Shown here: positions 15,305 through 29,383 of the stretch, one piece after another | Layout of the letters: each line of letters starts with the position of its first letter | Position numbering within the stretch: position 1 is the first letter of the stretch | Assembly: GCF_037042905.1 (NCBI RefSeq) | Contig: NC_087251.1 | Location: 19,842,001-19,906,000, forward strand | Reading direction: 5' to 3' | Length of the DNA: 64,000 nucleotides | Origin: Lytechinus pictus | Taxonomy: Eukaryota | Translations under genes and position numbers: made by a program | The notes under the pieces: model-generated | The model's database searches: none | What the model saw: the letters and a program-made list of their open reading frames with translations, nothing else | Told to the model about the DNA's origin: nothing

Positions 15305-15386
15305 AATATATATACATATATATATATATATATATGGGTGTGGGTGGGTGAGGGTGTGTGTGTGTGTGGGTCGGTGTATGTGTGTA
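15305..15386. repeat. (AT)n then (GT)n compound microsatellite
   Basis: Directly visible. Confidence 0.9.
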
Positions 15387-18300
15387 TAATGACTTTAATT
15401 TTGATTCAAGTGACTGGTGCATTTTCCCAAACCACTTTCGTTGTTTAAAAACCCTTTTTTTTCCAATTTTTGTAGTTTCAATAAAACCTTTTCTCATTCG
15501 GGATTATACAGAATTTCGATTCACATTCAATAATATATCGTAGATTGCACGAGTACTGTCCGAGCCGTTGCATATAGTTTTAAGTATGTACGAGATAGCA
15601 TGAAGTATATATTGCCTGTTCGAATATTCAGTTTTGACCCCCATATTTATAATTCATTTGCAAATCACTATTGGCTGTTAAAATGTATTTACAATACTCT
15701 TAACATCATTACAAACGGTTTAAAAAAAATTAATTTCCACCAGCCTTCATGCCTTTATGGTATTATGGTCTTATCAGCAGTGATAAACACGATCGAAATA
15801 GGGGTACACGGCAGATGGGAGCTTCTTTCCGCCCGCACAAAATTCAAATGGCTGTTATTCCATGTTTTCATATCTTAAATTGCCATTTTAGTACCTTGTT
15901 ACTTATGAGCATCTGTTGAGCTTTCCAGGGTAACAGTATTGCAGACATATACATAGTTATGATGGATAATATGATAAATGATCACTGGTCATGATATTTC
16001 AAATAACCGTATAAGCATAGTGTGCTACCTCCTCCCCTACACACACTCTTACTGTGCGCAAAAATAGCAAACGGTGACGATTCTTTATTACAGTGTTTTC
16101 ATCACATTTGTCAGGAGGTGAAGCCTTATAAAGAAACTGAATTAAAAAAAAGAATCAGCAAAACAAATTTGTTTGAGGTCACTGCAATGTCAGACATTTT
16201 TCCCGATGACGACAAAATAAAAATACATATTTTTCATAGGGTTTTTTTCAAGGCTACCACTGTTCCATTGAACAAAATTTACAAACGCTTTCTTCATCTA
16301 CAATGAATAAATAAATAGTATTTAACATTTCGTTTGATAAAATATATATGTATAATATGTTGTACACATATTACAGTCTTGACCTGATGAGAGAGATAAA
16401 AACATAACCTTTAAACCCTGGCTATATCATGTGAGAATAAGAAACATGATGAGAGGGGTTAGCACTGTGCTAACTCAGGTTTCGGCTAGTAAGACACCTG
16501 AGTTTATAGGTCCATGGTTTATGACAGACATTTGATATGCCTTGGGTATATTCTGAAACAAAAGGTGTTGCCATTCTGAAGATAATATGCGAGTGGACAC
16601 AGTTGGCGTTGTCGAGCGCGTATTGTGATTAAATTTCCATTCAAATTTTACCTTAAAAAAAATGCTTATTTTAGAAAATATGATTCAAGAACTATACATT
16701 TAATGGCCGATCGTACACAAAGAATACACTGATTATAATTTTATGCCCCTATATTCGTCCATGTCCCGTGTAGAAAGTCATGTCACGAGGAGGCTTATGG
16801 ACCTTAACATCCTTGTCGACTCGAAATCGTAAAGTATTGGACTTAAATGCTGGTATCTCTTTCCAAGGTCTCTTGATCCTTTCCTGAAATTTGAAACCAC
16901 TTATTTTGTTTGGTAGGTAGGGCCTATATGCACAAGACGTAAACTGGTATAAACTCAGTTGTAGGCCTATGAGTATTTGGATCAATGATCGAATGAGTAT
17001 TGTAACAGTGTGTAAAACTACTATAGCTCAGATCATAGATACACACGTGTTGAATTGGTCTATCTGATATTGGTTATACATAATGCAAGGGATGTAGTTA
17101 CAGTATGTCTTGCTACTTTCATGTCTGGGAACCTAGGAATAATCAACTATTACTTAATAATGTCACTGAAACCCCATATACTAAAAAGCTGTCGAAAGAT
17201 ACAGGCCTACCCATGAAATGTAAAGAATATCAATCAATTGCAATTGAATTCATTATAAATGTGTGTTTGTTACTTCTTCATTTCCTTGATCACAATAAAA
17301 AATATACATAAATGATTTTATTTGCTATCTATTCTTACCCTGCACCTCCTTGGAATGCGTCCTACTGTCACTACAAATGATACATTTATATATTCATAAA
17401 ATCTTATTAAATCCTAGTATTATGTCATATTATATGTATCATATAAATTTACATTACATTTGTTTTTTTTTCGTTATATGACATTATAATACAATGCAGA
17501 AAACAAATAACATTTTTTTCATATTGTATGAATTTCTAATATATTACATTACCTACTAGTCTTTGTTTTTTTAATTATGTTATATTTTTTTATTTATCTA
17601 CATGTATTACAACATGATAGCCCTTTTAGTTAAAAACTAAGGTACCACACCAACTGAGCCCTCATGAGCCCAATAATAAGTTATTTACAGGGCATTTTTG
17701 TCATGTTGTGCCCTGGCAAATACAAGGTTCGTAATACTAGACGGCAAATCCTAGTAATACTTTTAATTACTATCCACAGTTATATTAGGAATGCACAAAA
17801 ATGCATGGTATGCCGGTTTTATATTTCTCTTTGTTTTCATCTAATATTACAGTCATGGCAAGTTCAGTCTTGATGAAACGGGATTAAAGAAGGGTGTTTG
17901 AGAAAATACATAAAACTTTTGTTTTACAGTCACTTTGATCAAATTTAGACTTTTGTAATTAGCATTGGACATAAACGTGTTGAGGTAAAATTATTTTCTG
18001 CTGTTCACTATCGCCTATACTTATCAGCTTTATGTAACTCTCTTCTCGTGTATTCACGTATTCATCAATATGTGATTTATTAATGTTCTGGTATAGATAC
18101 ACATGAATTACTTATAAGTACAGATACAATAACAATCGGCGACGAATTCCAAATTTAACTTTTGTATCTTCATTCAGACTTTCGTCTGTACATTAGAATA
18201 GCGATAAAAACCGATAAATAAGTATTACAAATGTATTTGTAATTAGGCTTGTGATTTTTATACAGACTTTTTGTCTCTTGCCAATAGTAATGGTTGAAAG

Positions 18301-21300
18301 ATTCCATGGTAAAAGAAAACTAAGGAAATTGGAAGGTTAGAGTCGAATATATACGATAAAGTGAGAAGGCATGGACATTCCAAGCGAGGATTTTTTTTTC
18401 TTCGGTAACCCATCACGAGGTCAAATCTCCCAGTAAATATTTTGCAAATTTTGTCGTGATGGAGCATGCATTGAAGGCGAAGAAACCTCCTTCTTTGATC
18501 ATTAGTTTTCATAAATTCATCAATTTGGAGAAGAAGGTGGGTATTTTGATGAAGGTTCGTTCGTCGAAACATGATCGCCTGTTGTTCAGATAGGGATCAT
18601 CCTTCGGTCCGAGTACGTTAGAAGCAAATCCCAATCTCTGCGATGCGTCACGGAATTCAAAACCAAGGGAGAGAAAACTTGACAAATCGGGCCATCTTTA
18701 GCCGCCTGACACGAGTGTAACCAACCACCGCTACATCATGTCAAGAAAACCACGTTACATTGGCATTTTAGGGTAGAGAACCTGAGGTGCGATGGGCAAT
18801 ACCCGAGAGAATCGACGCGGGAGAGAAGCGGCCTGATGCTCCGCTGGGATTCCGTTCGATGCCCGTCATGTATCCATCCTCCCCATCTACCTTAGACATG
18901 GGGTGATGCAGACGTGATGCAGTTTATACCCCATGCTCTGGGAGTGAATTTCGAAACCGGTCTCGGCTATACTTAAAGTCCTGGGGTACGTGCGCTCAAC
19001 AATACCACCATTGTGATAATATTTTTATGTCGTCAGTCATGCGTTTAAAACCCCTTCTAATCACAACAGAATTAATGGACCGAAAAGGGGTAAAAAGGAA
19101 TTAAAATAGGGGCTCAGGAATGCCCACATTATTAAGAGCAAGTTGGTTTTATCGTATCGGCGTTCGTGGCGCGCGTTGGCCGGTTAAAGAAAATGTGTCT
19201 AGATTCTGATATTGTGGGGAAAATGGAGTCAATTTTCACGCTACGTTAGCAACCGCAACACGGGCATAGAGAAATCAATCAAAGAAAACCCATTTTCCAC
19301 AAGTAATCAATTACGGTCAGTATTATGACCAAATCATTGGAATAGTTTTACTGTAGCCTTCAGGTCTTCCTTAGGCTCGAAAGCAGTGACTTGATTTCCA
19401 TCTCTCAAAATCTATTTCCCCCGAAATACACAAGGCAATGGATTGGCAAAATCAACCACAATAGGCCCTACATTGAAGAAAATATTTGAATATATTACTC
19501 TTTAATAATATGTCATATTATTCAAAAAGTCGTAAGGGGCAAAATTATGGTAAGTTAAGATAAGTCATGGCTAATCCTCGACGGCGATAATATTTGTTTA
19601 AAGATGGAGAGCCAGTTGTGAGGCAAGCATTATCATGACTGTATAGATATTTTTATCTTTGGTGAATATCTAATTTTTTATTAGAAAATCGTTATATTTT
19701 TTGTATTCATGTTCAATAAGACACCCAAAAGTTTGATGGTTCAAAGAGCTAGGGTTCTAGATAATTCTCTTGATGACAATGACGATGACACGAAGATAAC
19801 AAGTCGTGTTATCCAAAATGTCACTACATTATTGACATATCCGTAATCCGAGTCAATACCAAACTTCCTTTATCATTTCCTTCTTTTAAAATAAATCAGT
19901 CATAATATTTGTCTCAGTGAATTTTCAAAATAAAGAGTGAAAATTATTCGTCATCCTTAATCCTTGATTTTAGGAAAAATGAATTCGTATAACAAAATAA
20001 ATGGCACCAATAGCCGTGTTCAAGCGACGAACGAAGGCATCGGCCATCATTATAACTATCATGAAATAAAACAAAATTTCGAGAAATACATTTGCAGAGA
20101 AGGATGAGGAGAGACTGAAATCGTCACCACTTTCTAAAGCTGGAAATCCTTCTTCATGAGAAAAAATATAAGGGTTGGAAGAAGGAGAGACCGAGGGAGC
20201 AGAAGGAAAAGAGAAGAAAACAGTTTGGAGGTGTAAACATCTAGACCCTTCAAATGCAAGAGCTTTTGTTGACACTTTTGGCCAAGTATTTCGTGAGGGA
20301 TTCTTGACAATAGCGGTACTGGCGGCGTCTAAGGCTCAAGGTTACTTAGGGGTTGCCACCCTAAGAAACCTCGGACAAAAGAGAGAAATATTTGGGCTGC
20401 CGATTTATCAGCAAATACTGCTATCGAATACCTTGAAATTGGTACCAATTTTGGACGGGGAGATGTATACTACCCGTGATTCATATAGGTTGGATATACA
20501 CATGCTGTAAACGGAATTCAATTTATAATTCGAAGAACTCTTACAGTTGTCATTTGCCTGCGTAACAAAGACACGTGAAAGTCTACACGGGTGAATCCCT
20601 GTGTGTCCCTGAGTGGTGACGAAAAAATCATTACTATCAGATATATGATGCCAAGATCACACGTTACTCATTGTCCCCGTTTGCCTTTGTAACATCTTCA
20701 TTATGTGTTTAAAGGAATACAACTGACCACTTCGACCAAAGCAAATGACAAATGGGTATTCAACGAAGTAGCAAGTCGATTTGAGTGCTAAGAATACTAT
20801 TAAACAATCCACTACAATTACAATTTCATCAAATACTGACTAAACTAATGATTTTGTTTACACATTGTAATCTGTTGACAAATTGAACTGGCGGTTCTCA
20901 TAGCATAAAACTCGTTGCTCTTTGAATACAATCGGGCCTACATATTATGACTCCATTTGAAATTTGGAGGACCTTAAGAAGCCATACTGTAAAAAAATAT
21001 TTAAAAAAATAAGGATGAAATACTTCATACATTTTGTATAGATATTAAAGATCTAAATGATTGAGATAATATGATATATCAATAATAGGCAAACCTATCA
21101 AACCAAATATAAATGCGCTATTTTACATTCAACCCGTGTTTTGATCATCAGTATTTCAAGAAATATTTATTTTTTTGATAAAGAATGCTTAACGATTTAT
21201 ATCTAATAATTTTTAATAACTAATGCTTTTCCCCTCTCTCTCTATCTTTTTTTTGGGGGTATGTATAAGTTTATTTATTCAAATCAACACATAAAGTTCA

Positions 21301-21637
21301 GCCCTCAATTTGTTATAACATGAATTATGTCAGTAAACAATATGGTACCAATAAGATCGTACATGAATTTTGGACATATACATTAGAGCCATTGAAATAA
21401 GGCTGGCGGTGAAGCAGTATCTGTATTAACAGTAATTAAAGATATTTCAAAGTGATTGTTTTTATGTCTGTCTGTATTGTCCTCATGTTTCCTATGAAAA
21501 TTGATAAAGTAAATTCGTTAAAGTTAAGTACTGATATTGCTTTTAGTGAAACACCCTCATTTCCATAATGCTTTATTTTATTACTTGCATTAGGTTTGAA
21601 TGGAAATTAAACAAAGAATTGTATTGAATTGAATTGG

Positions 21638-21685
21638 TGATGATGGTAGTAATTACTACTTCTACTACTAGTAGTAATACTACTA

Positions 21686-21721
<36 letters not shown>

Positions 21722-21875
21722 AACAACAACAACTACTACTACTACTACTACGACCACTAATATTGTTATTATTATTATTATTACTATTGATATTGTTGTT
21801 GTTGTTTTTACTATCATTATCATTTTTGTATTGCTGTTGATTTTGTTTATACCACCACCATCATTATTATGATAA
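21638..21875. repeat. Compound trinucleotide tract (CTA/CAA/TTA/TTG)n
   Basis: Directly visible; explains the poly-Leu ORF at 21634. Confidence 0.92.
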
Positions 21876-24094
21876 GAACAATGATAATCTTATTGAAAAT
21901 ATCAATAATAACAATACTCATAATATAAACAATATAACAAAATTATGCATATGCCGAGTATACACTGATAAAAATTAAGATGATGATGACGATGGGAATG
22001 CTGGTTATAAATTTATGTTGATCTTTTAAAGTGTAAATGATTAATTTTCAAAATTACAATGACTACAATTATGTTAACCCCAACGAGGTGCAGAATAAAT
22101 ATATTGTACTTAAAGTTGTAACTTTACTAATTTCTCCTTCAGTGATATCTTAATTATGTAGTATGATAGCATGATATAATTAATTATAAATCATACCATT
22201 TTTACTCAGAAATGAAAATCTGTGGATTGATTTCAATTAGTGAAATATTCATACAACTCGAATGAAATTACGAGAATCTGTATGTTTCTCTTGTGCTCAT
22301 TGTAAAAAAAATCCTACGGTACAAACCCTTCCATGCTGTATGCATCCAGTTTTCATCTAATTCATTTCGCTCGATGTATATGAATAGTATATTGCTCATA
22401 TTGAGGGGGTCCCTGTGTGAGCTTCGCCCTAGTGCATTCTTTACAGACTTTTATAATTCCGCAGCTCACAGGAAATTCACGTTCTCTATAAAAGAAATGC
22501 TTAGTGCTAAGAGCCCGCCAGAAAGAGAAAAAAAAATGGAATAAGGAAGAAGGAGGGCTCTGGCCATAAGAGCGGGTATAGCACTGTCGACATATAGACG
22601 AGGAGAGTTACGTTATAATGGAATAGGGAGGATATGCTTGCATTTTCCCTCTGTTCAAAATGTAGGTATAAGGGAACAAAATGGCGGCGCCCAATATTCA
22701 TCCGTGAACAAAATTTGGGTATAAACCTTATGCAATTTGTTACTGTATATCATCTTTATTATTATTCGCTATGGTCTAAAATCACTTTAACATCAGTCTC
22801 CCATTAAATGTATATCGAGTATTAATAATGCAACCACTTTTAAGTTACATTGTAGCGAATATTAATATTCTAATATATTATGTTTGCTTTCATTTAAAAA
22901 TGGGAGCATAATTCTGAGGTGAGTGTTGATGGGCAGTACACATCAACCACATGTTGGGCATAATACGTGACTATCCCATAGTATGTAGTATGTAACTCAC
23001 GTTCCATCGCCTTTGACGCAGCCTACATACCCAAGCCAGCAGTCTCTTTCCACACTGTTATAATAGGTGCACAGCCCAAATATTGACCAGTTTCTTCACC
23101 ACAGTCGTCGTTTATTTTCCCCTCACACTTTTCAACTTGAAGTTCGATTGTGTCATTGTATAAATGAGTACTACAAAGGGCTCCGTGGCGAACATACCAA
23201 AGAGAGAGAGAAAAAAAATGACATTCAGTTTTAATTTCAAATATACGGGCTCTATTCTGATTTCAGCCTCCCTCTTTTTTAAAGCAAATATTGTTAGCGC
23301 ATGTTCTGCGGAAATTCCAAAATCAGCCTTTATCGAACGCAGGTCCCTCTTGATCGAAGTAACATCTATTGATAACAAACATTAATATAGTTTGAGCTCA
23401 CGAGTGTTTAAACTATCAAATAAAGATAATTACGCTTTAGCACGTTCAATTGGACCCAATTGAGTTTACTTTTTGTCTTACGTTCAATCATCGTCCTCCG
23501 TGACAGGCCAGATCGATGAAAATCATAAAGCAACAAGCACTTAACGCAAACGTTTCTACTATTTGTTCCTTTATCCTTCAGCAAATCACCGAGAAATGTA
23601 CCATTTCTCGTTTTCATTAATTTTTGTCTTCTTCTTCAGGGATTGTTAATTATTGAAGGGAAATGCTAGAGAGAGACAATGTTCTGGAATCGTTAGGTTT
23701 ATTGCGATGTTGAATTTGGAATGTCTTTAGTGTATATCTCTCACTGGGGGTTCCGTTGGTTGTAGAATGCGGTTTGTTGACAGGCTTCGTACTACAAGAA
23801 AGGCGTGAAAACCTGAATTAAACACAAATTCTCATTGCTCACAAAACATCGATTCGTATTTCCCTTTATCTTATTTCCTAGAAAAGCTAATTTTGCTCAA
23901 GCATGCTCCAAAAAGTTTCCCTTTAATATTTCTTCCATAAACCCCCCTGCATCTTTACCCGATAAAATTAATTGAAGATAAAAACAAACAAATATTTTGC
24001 AGCTCAGAAATGTATAATTTATGAAACCAAAAAATAGCCCAAAAATATATCCATGAACCATACACTATCATTGACTTTTAAGATTGAAGAATTA

Positions 24095-24102
24095 CCCCCC
24101 CC

Positions 24103-24130
<28 letters not shown>
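24095..24130. repeat. Poly-C plus (CA)n microsatellite
   Basis: Directly visible. Confidence 0.92.
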
Positions 24131-24133
<3 letters not shown>

Positions 24134-25029
24134 CAATGATATGTAAATACTTCATCCGAAAATTGCCAAAAAATAAATGAATATTTTCGTTTAGCTAATT
24201 ATTCAAAAATAATTTAAATCACTTAATTTTTACAGTGTTATCACTCCAAATTTGGCATTACAGTCATCCCGATTTGCAATAAACATTATACGCAGGTGTT
24301 CTTTTAATTGAATAAATTGTCCCCAACTATATTAATAATACTTATTTCTGTTATAAATTTAGGTAAAATAATACCCCGCCCCTCTAGAAAATATATAAGA
24401 ATATTTGGTGCTTATGTCGTCGAAATGGTAGTTTTATAGACCCATTTGAACTTAAAAAAATAATCACTAATGAACATATTCGTACTAGTACTCGTTATAA
24501 AATGACAAATCCATACAATTTGATAAAGACATGCATGTATACGGATTTTATGAACTTAAAAACAGAAAATTGCATTTGGATAGATAATTGCACTACAGGA
24601 CTGCTATACATAACATGAGGAGGAAAGACATCATGCTTCCTAGTTTTTGTTGTTAAATTGATATTTAAAACGGATAACTATTAAAACCTGTGGTACATGT
24701 CGTTGCATTTCGCAAAATAGAATTTAATATGAAGTTAGATATTATTGCAGTCATTGAATAAATCAATGAATTGATTTAATTAACATTATTACATCAAGAT
24801 AACAATTACATTAACAAATAAAAAAATAATGTATGATGTATCATATATATATATATTTTTTGGTTGTAAGTTTGGGTTAATATATATCTCAACATAATGT
24901 TTATGGTTTATGTTTATGTTATGGTTGTATTATCTGTAATAGTAATAATAATGAGTTGCTCGTCTCATGTAACATTATTTAGCTCTTCATGCACCTATCT
25001 GGCGTTGCGATATTGGGAGCTATTTCTCA

Positions 25030-25290
25030 TGATAATTATAATTTTGTCATATAACTATATCCATCATTGTTATCATTATCATTATTACAATTATTGTTAT
25101 TATAATTTATCATTATTATTATCATTATCATCATCAGTATCACTTTCATTATTATTATAATTATTGTTGTTATTGTTGGTGTGGTTTTTGTTATTATTAC
25201 CATTATTATCATTATTGTTATTATTATTATTATTATCATGATTATGATTATGTTTATCTCCATAATCACAATCATAGTAATCATCATCTC
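25030..25290. repeat. Degenerate (TAT/CAT)n tract
   Basis: Directly visible; explains the poly-Ile ORF at 25036-25287. Confidence 0.9.
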
Positions 25291-28200
25291 AAGTTTATTG
25301 CTGATAAATGTATTTATTCATCTATTCATATATTCGTGTATTTGACTAAACTAAAGATAATGCAAAATGGCAATTTGATTACATTTTGTAAACAATAACT
25401 GGTTTATCTATTTTACAAGTTGGTGATGGGTTGACATAAACATGAGTTTATTTAAAATATACTTGGGATTTGTCCATAAAATGATGATTAAATGACTAAT
25501 AGGTAAAAAGTCAATGACCAAAAACGTTATCAGATGCATATCGATAAAAAAATAAATAAACAATATTTTGGGAAGTATATAGATAGTGCAATTAAATCAT
25601 TTAGTACATAATTTTCTATCACATAGTAATGAAATTATAGTTTCCTTGTAACAAAGGAACTTTAATGTGAAAGGATACTGTAAATACCATATTTATGAAG
25701 AAATGAGCATGCATTGGGATTATTCTCGGGAACTGCAAAATGGCAGAGAGGGTTGGAGGCATTTTAAGCGACAGGGAGAGACAAAATAAATGAAGCGAGA
25801 TAGTAGGGAAAGATTACAAGCGGGACGCCCTCCACGTCAGGGATTAGTTCAATTAATCGGGAAAAATTGCCCCGAAAGCCAATCAAGAGTGGGGATTATT
25901 TTCTGGAGAGGGGAGTCCTAGGAACACCAAGTAGATATTCGTGATTTAACCCAATTTTTGGTTGGTTATGCTAAAGGAGTCGATTTCATTCAGTGGCCAA
26001 ACTCTCTAACCTAGGACTGAGGCATGTAACTGGAGATGTAGAAGAGAGTGTGTAGACCCAGTGCTAAAAAACCAAAAATACAAGCCCTCTCTTCCCCCTT
26101 TCCTCCTTCATATATTCGCTATATTTCAGCACACATGAACACACGTAGCCTTTGGCAGCTGGAAAAAGGGGTAATCCCCTTTTTGTGAAAACTGACCAGC
26201 ATGAGGCAAAATGGAAGAATATGTGAAAGAGAAATCAGTAATGGAATACAGACAGGGAAAAAGTGTGACTTCTAGCCTTTCAGCGGTAGGACGGCGTCGT
26301 TAGAATATCAAAAAAATTATATCGATTAATAGGATGCCTATCTATGCCATTATAGTTTCAGAAAATCGATGAACTGTTTTAGATTGTTTACAAATTGTGA
26401 ATGGATTTGAAATGAAAACATTGGCGGTAGTGTTAGTTTTATCTAATTAGATATAAGGCACTTCATCAACCGATATGCTAAAATAAAAAATGATCATCAA
26501 TTTCTTTCCTCGTGCAAATTGATATTGAAATGTTGGGGTGGAGAGACGTGTCTTTTCTTTTTGTAGTGTTAACAATATGCGAATTACTGGGGTGAAGACT
26601 GGAGCTATCTAACAAAATGATAATAAAATTGACGGCAGATATATCATGGACACCTGTAAGATTATGGCACACCGATAATATTATAAATGTGAGGGAAACA
26701 ACCATCATAGTCACAATTCACATGCAGAACATACAATATATTTTTCGTTTCCTTTCAAAATCGAGCCTAGTCCCAAAGTAAGAATTACAAAGATAGATTT
26801 AAATATGAAAATGTAATGAAAATATTACCTCTAGACAATATTTTTCACGATTATTGAACAAATCATTGTCAATTTTTTGTGACCTTAGTTTTCTAAATTA
26901 TATAAAAGAAATTCAAATTCACGAATAATTGTTATCATGAGGTCATTTTTTATATGTTTATTGTCAGTGTCCTACTACCTCTCAAAAGCACTAACATAAC
27001 CCAATAACAATTACAACTGATATGATGTCAGGTGTGAAATATACATGCATTTTCTTGAAAATGGACTTGTCCCCTTTTGAAAGGAATCGATTAAAATACA
27101 CACGTCATAATCATAACTGGTCATGGTTCAAAGAGACTTATTACCACTCACTTTTGTATTCAAGTCACCATTTCGACAACAGCAAGCCACTGAACCAAAT
27201 GACACATACAGGGACAGACAATATTGCTTTTTAAAATTAACCAAAGACATAACTCTATTTACGAGTTGTTTCAAAATAGAACAAATGCATAGGTCTACTT
27301 TTTCTTTCTTCCAACATTGTTTTGCCAAAATAATATCACTCTCAAATGATTCAAAATAAAGTTACTTAACTTATATATATATTTTTTATCAAACAAACCA
27401 GAAGTTGTCATGGCTGTACGTTTTGGTTAATTTTAAGTTGCCCGTAATTGTCACTCAATATTGTTAACGAGCAAGCATTGCATAAATGTCAAAGGAGCAA
27501 AATTCAAACTTGATTCTAGAAATAATATCAAAATTTAAGGCATTCAAATATGAATTACGTCACAAAGAAAATAATTCATACCTATTTCCAGGACTTTTAA
27601 CACCATTACACGCATGCAATAGAAGAGTACTATTTGTTTTATTATATTTTATCAAATTTGTATCATTTTTCTCCTTAAATTTCAAGATTATAATGAATGA
27701 AACTATGGGAAGTTTTAACTAATAGGAAAATAAACAAAATTATTATGTCAATAAAAAGTAATGACTGACAAGGAACCTTCTGTCTCAAGCTTCATAACTT
27801 TCATTTGACATTACTGACACTACAAACATTCGAATTGAGAACGCAGGTGTGTGTTTTTTATTTTCTTTTAAATATATATAATTTGCTCCTTCTAACTTTG
27901 TGCAATGTTTCTCACTTTAAACATCTTTCAAAATGTATACGATCATTCCAGTTCAGAAAACACTTCCAACAACAAACAATCAATTTAAGAAACCACAGCA
28001 CCATCCAGAAAAAAAAATCACTTCATGCACTCCAGAATTTAATAACATCCTAGTCTATCGCCCATCAACATGATCAAAGTAGGAAAGATGCCAGCATCGA
28101 TCCTCGGTTGACGATTAATCAATTTCTCGCCTGCCCATGATATTAAACTCATTAAATTCGCAATATTGACAAGATTTATCTATCCAACCACAAGTTGTAA

Positions 28201-29050
28201 ATTGTTGATATCTAATTTAGAAGCACTGTCAACCCTTGCATTAACAATGGAAATTTAAAAATATATATTTTTTCACCCTCCCTCTATTATTGTGGTGAAA
28301 TGCAATAAATTATCTCTCTATTTTTTTTCGTGTTCACATTTTGACATCAATTTTATCTTGTCATTTTTCCCATGTGCCAATATTGTGCAAGAGTAATATC
28401 GTCTTTGGGATAATCAGTTCCGAGTGTGGTTTTGTGATCGATCGAGTAACTCCCGAGGGCATCGGCTTAACACACAACCGACAAAAAATACAAGCAAACT
28501 GAAAAAGAGAAGCACAAGAAAAATATCTTCCATCATTTGAAATGTCTTAACCTCTTTATTTTCGCTTAGCGAGTCGATTTTTTTTTCTCTTCTACAAAAA
28601 ATGAAACAAGCACGATTAAAATAATTTGGGAGTTTTTCGCAAAAAAACTACCTTGTCATCTTTGAAAAGTAACAAAATGGAAATAAATATCTTGAAAACA
28701 TTGTTTACATAATTTTGGATCACATTAGATTTGATATTTTCTGAGGTTTCATGTCTTCTTGAATGAAGGAACTGGACAATAATATCAATGTACATTTAGG
28801 TTTTGTCCAATAATAGCAAAAACATCCATATCATAAAACAGCAGTCCATATATTGCAGAAGAAGCAGACATCTTTCACATAACAATTTTCAAGCTATATA
28901 AATCTGATTTGAATTCAAATATCTTTCCAATGACAACGAAATGTCAAAACCAGAACCTCATCTTCACTAAAACTTGGTACGAGAACTAACATGTCTCACG
29001 CAGTCGTGAAGAGCACAAATAAGATACAGTTAAAAAAAATCATTTTGTCC

Positions 29051-29056
29051 TTTATT
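29051..29056 (-). terminator. Candidate polyadenylation signal AATAAA for Six1/2 (an alternative lies at 28555-28560)
   Basis: First AATAAA noticed on the minus strand after the stop codon. AATAAA is common in AT-rich DNA, so the 3' end cannot be fixed from sequence alone. Confidence 0.3.
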
Positions 29057-29383
29057 TTCTTCTCATACCCTCACTTCAGATAATCGTCTTAGGAATTGTT
29101 TGTGTACTATAATACAAATATTTTCAGTAAAGCAAATCTCTCTTGTCAGTCTATAAAGATAGTTCTCCTTTCATTCTGCAAGTAGGATGAAGTCGGCGCT
29201 TATAAAGCGGAAAATCTAGCTGCACACGTCATGTTTTGTTCATGTTTTTCATTTTGACTGATGGTCGTCCAGTGTATGCTAAGTCCTAGCAGTGTCCATC
29301 ATCAAACACCACGCACAATCATCTCAAAATAATTCGAACCACGCACTCACTTGGCCAGTAGGTCTCTCTCAGTTTGTTTTAGC

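Noticed and set aside
20986..21000. Second CACTGTAAAA-type MITE
   Set aside because: Only a single degenerate end (TACTGTAAAAAAA) with no nearby partner.
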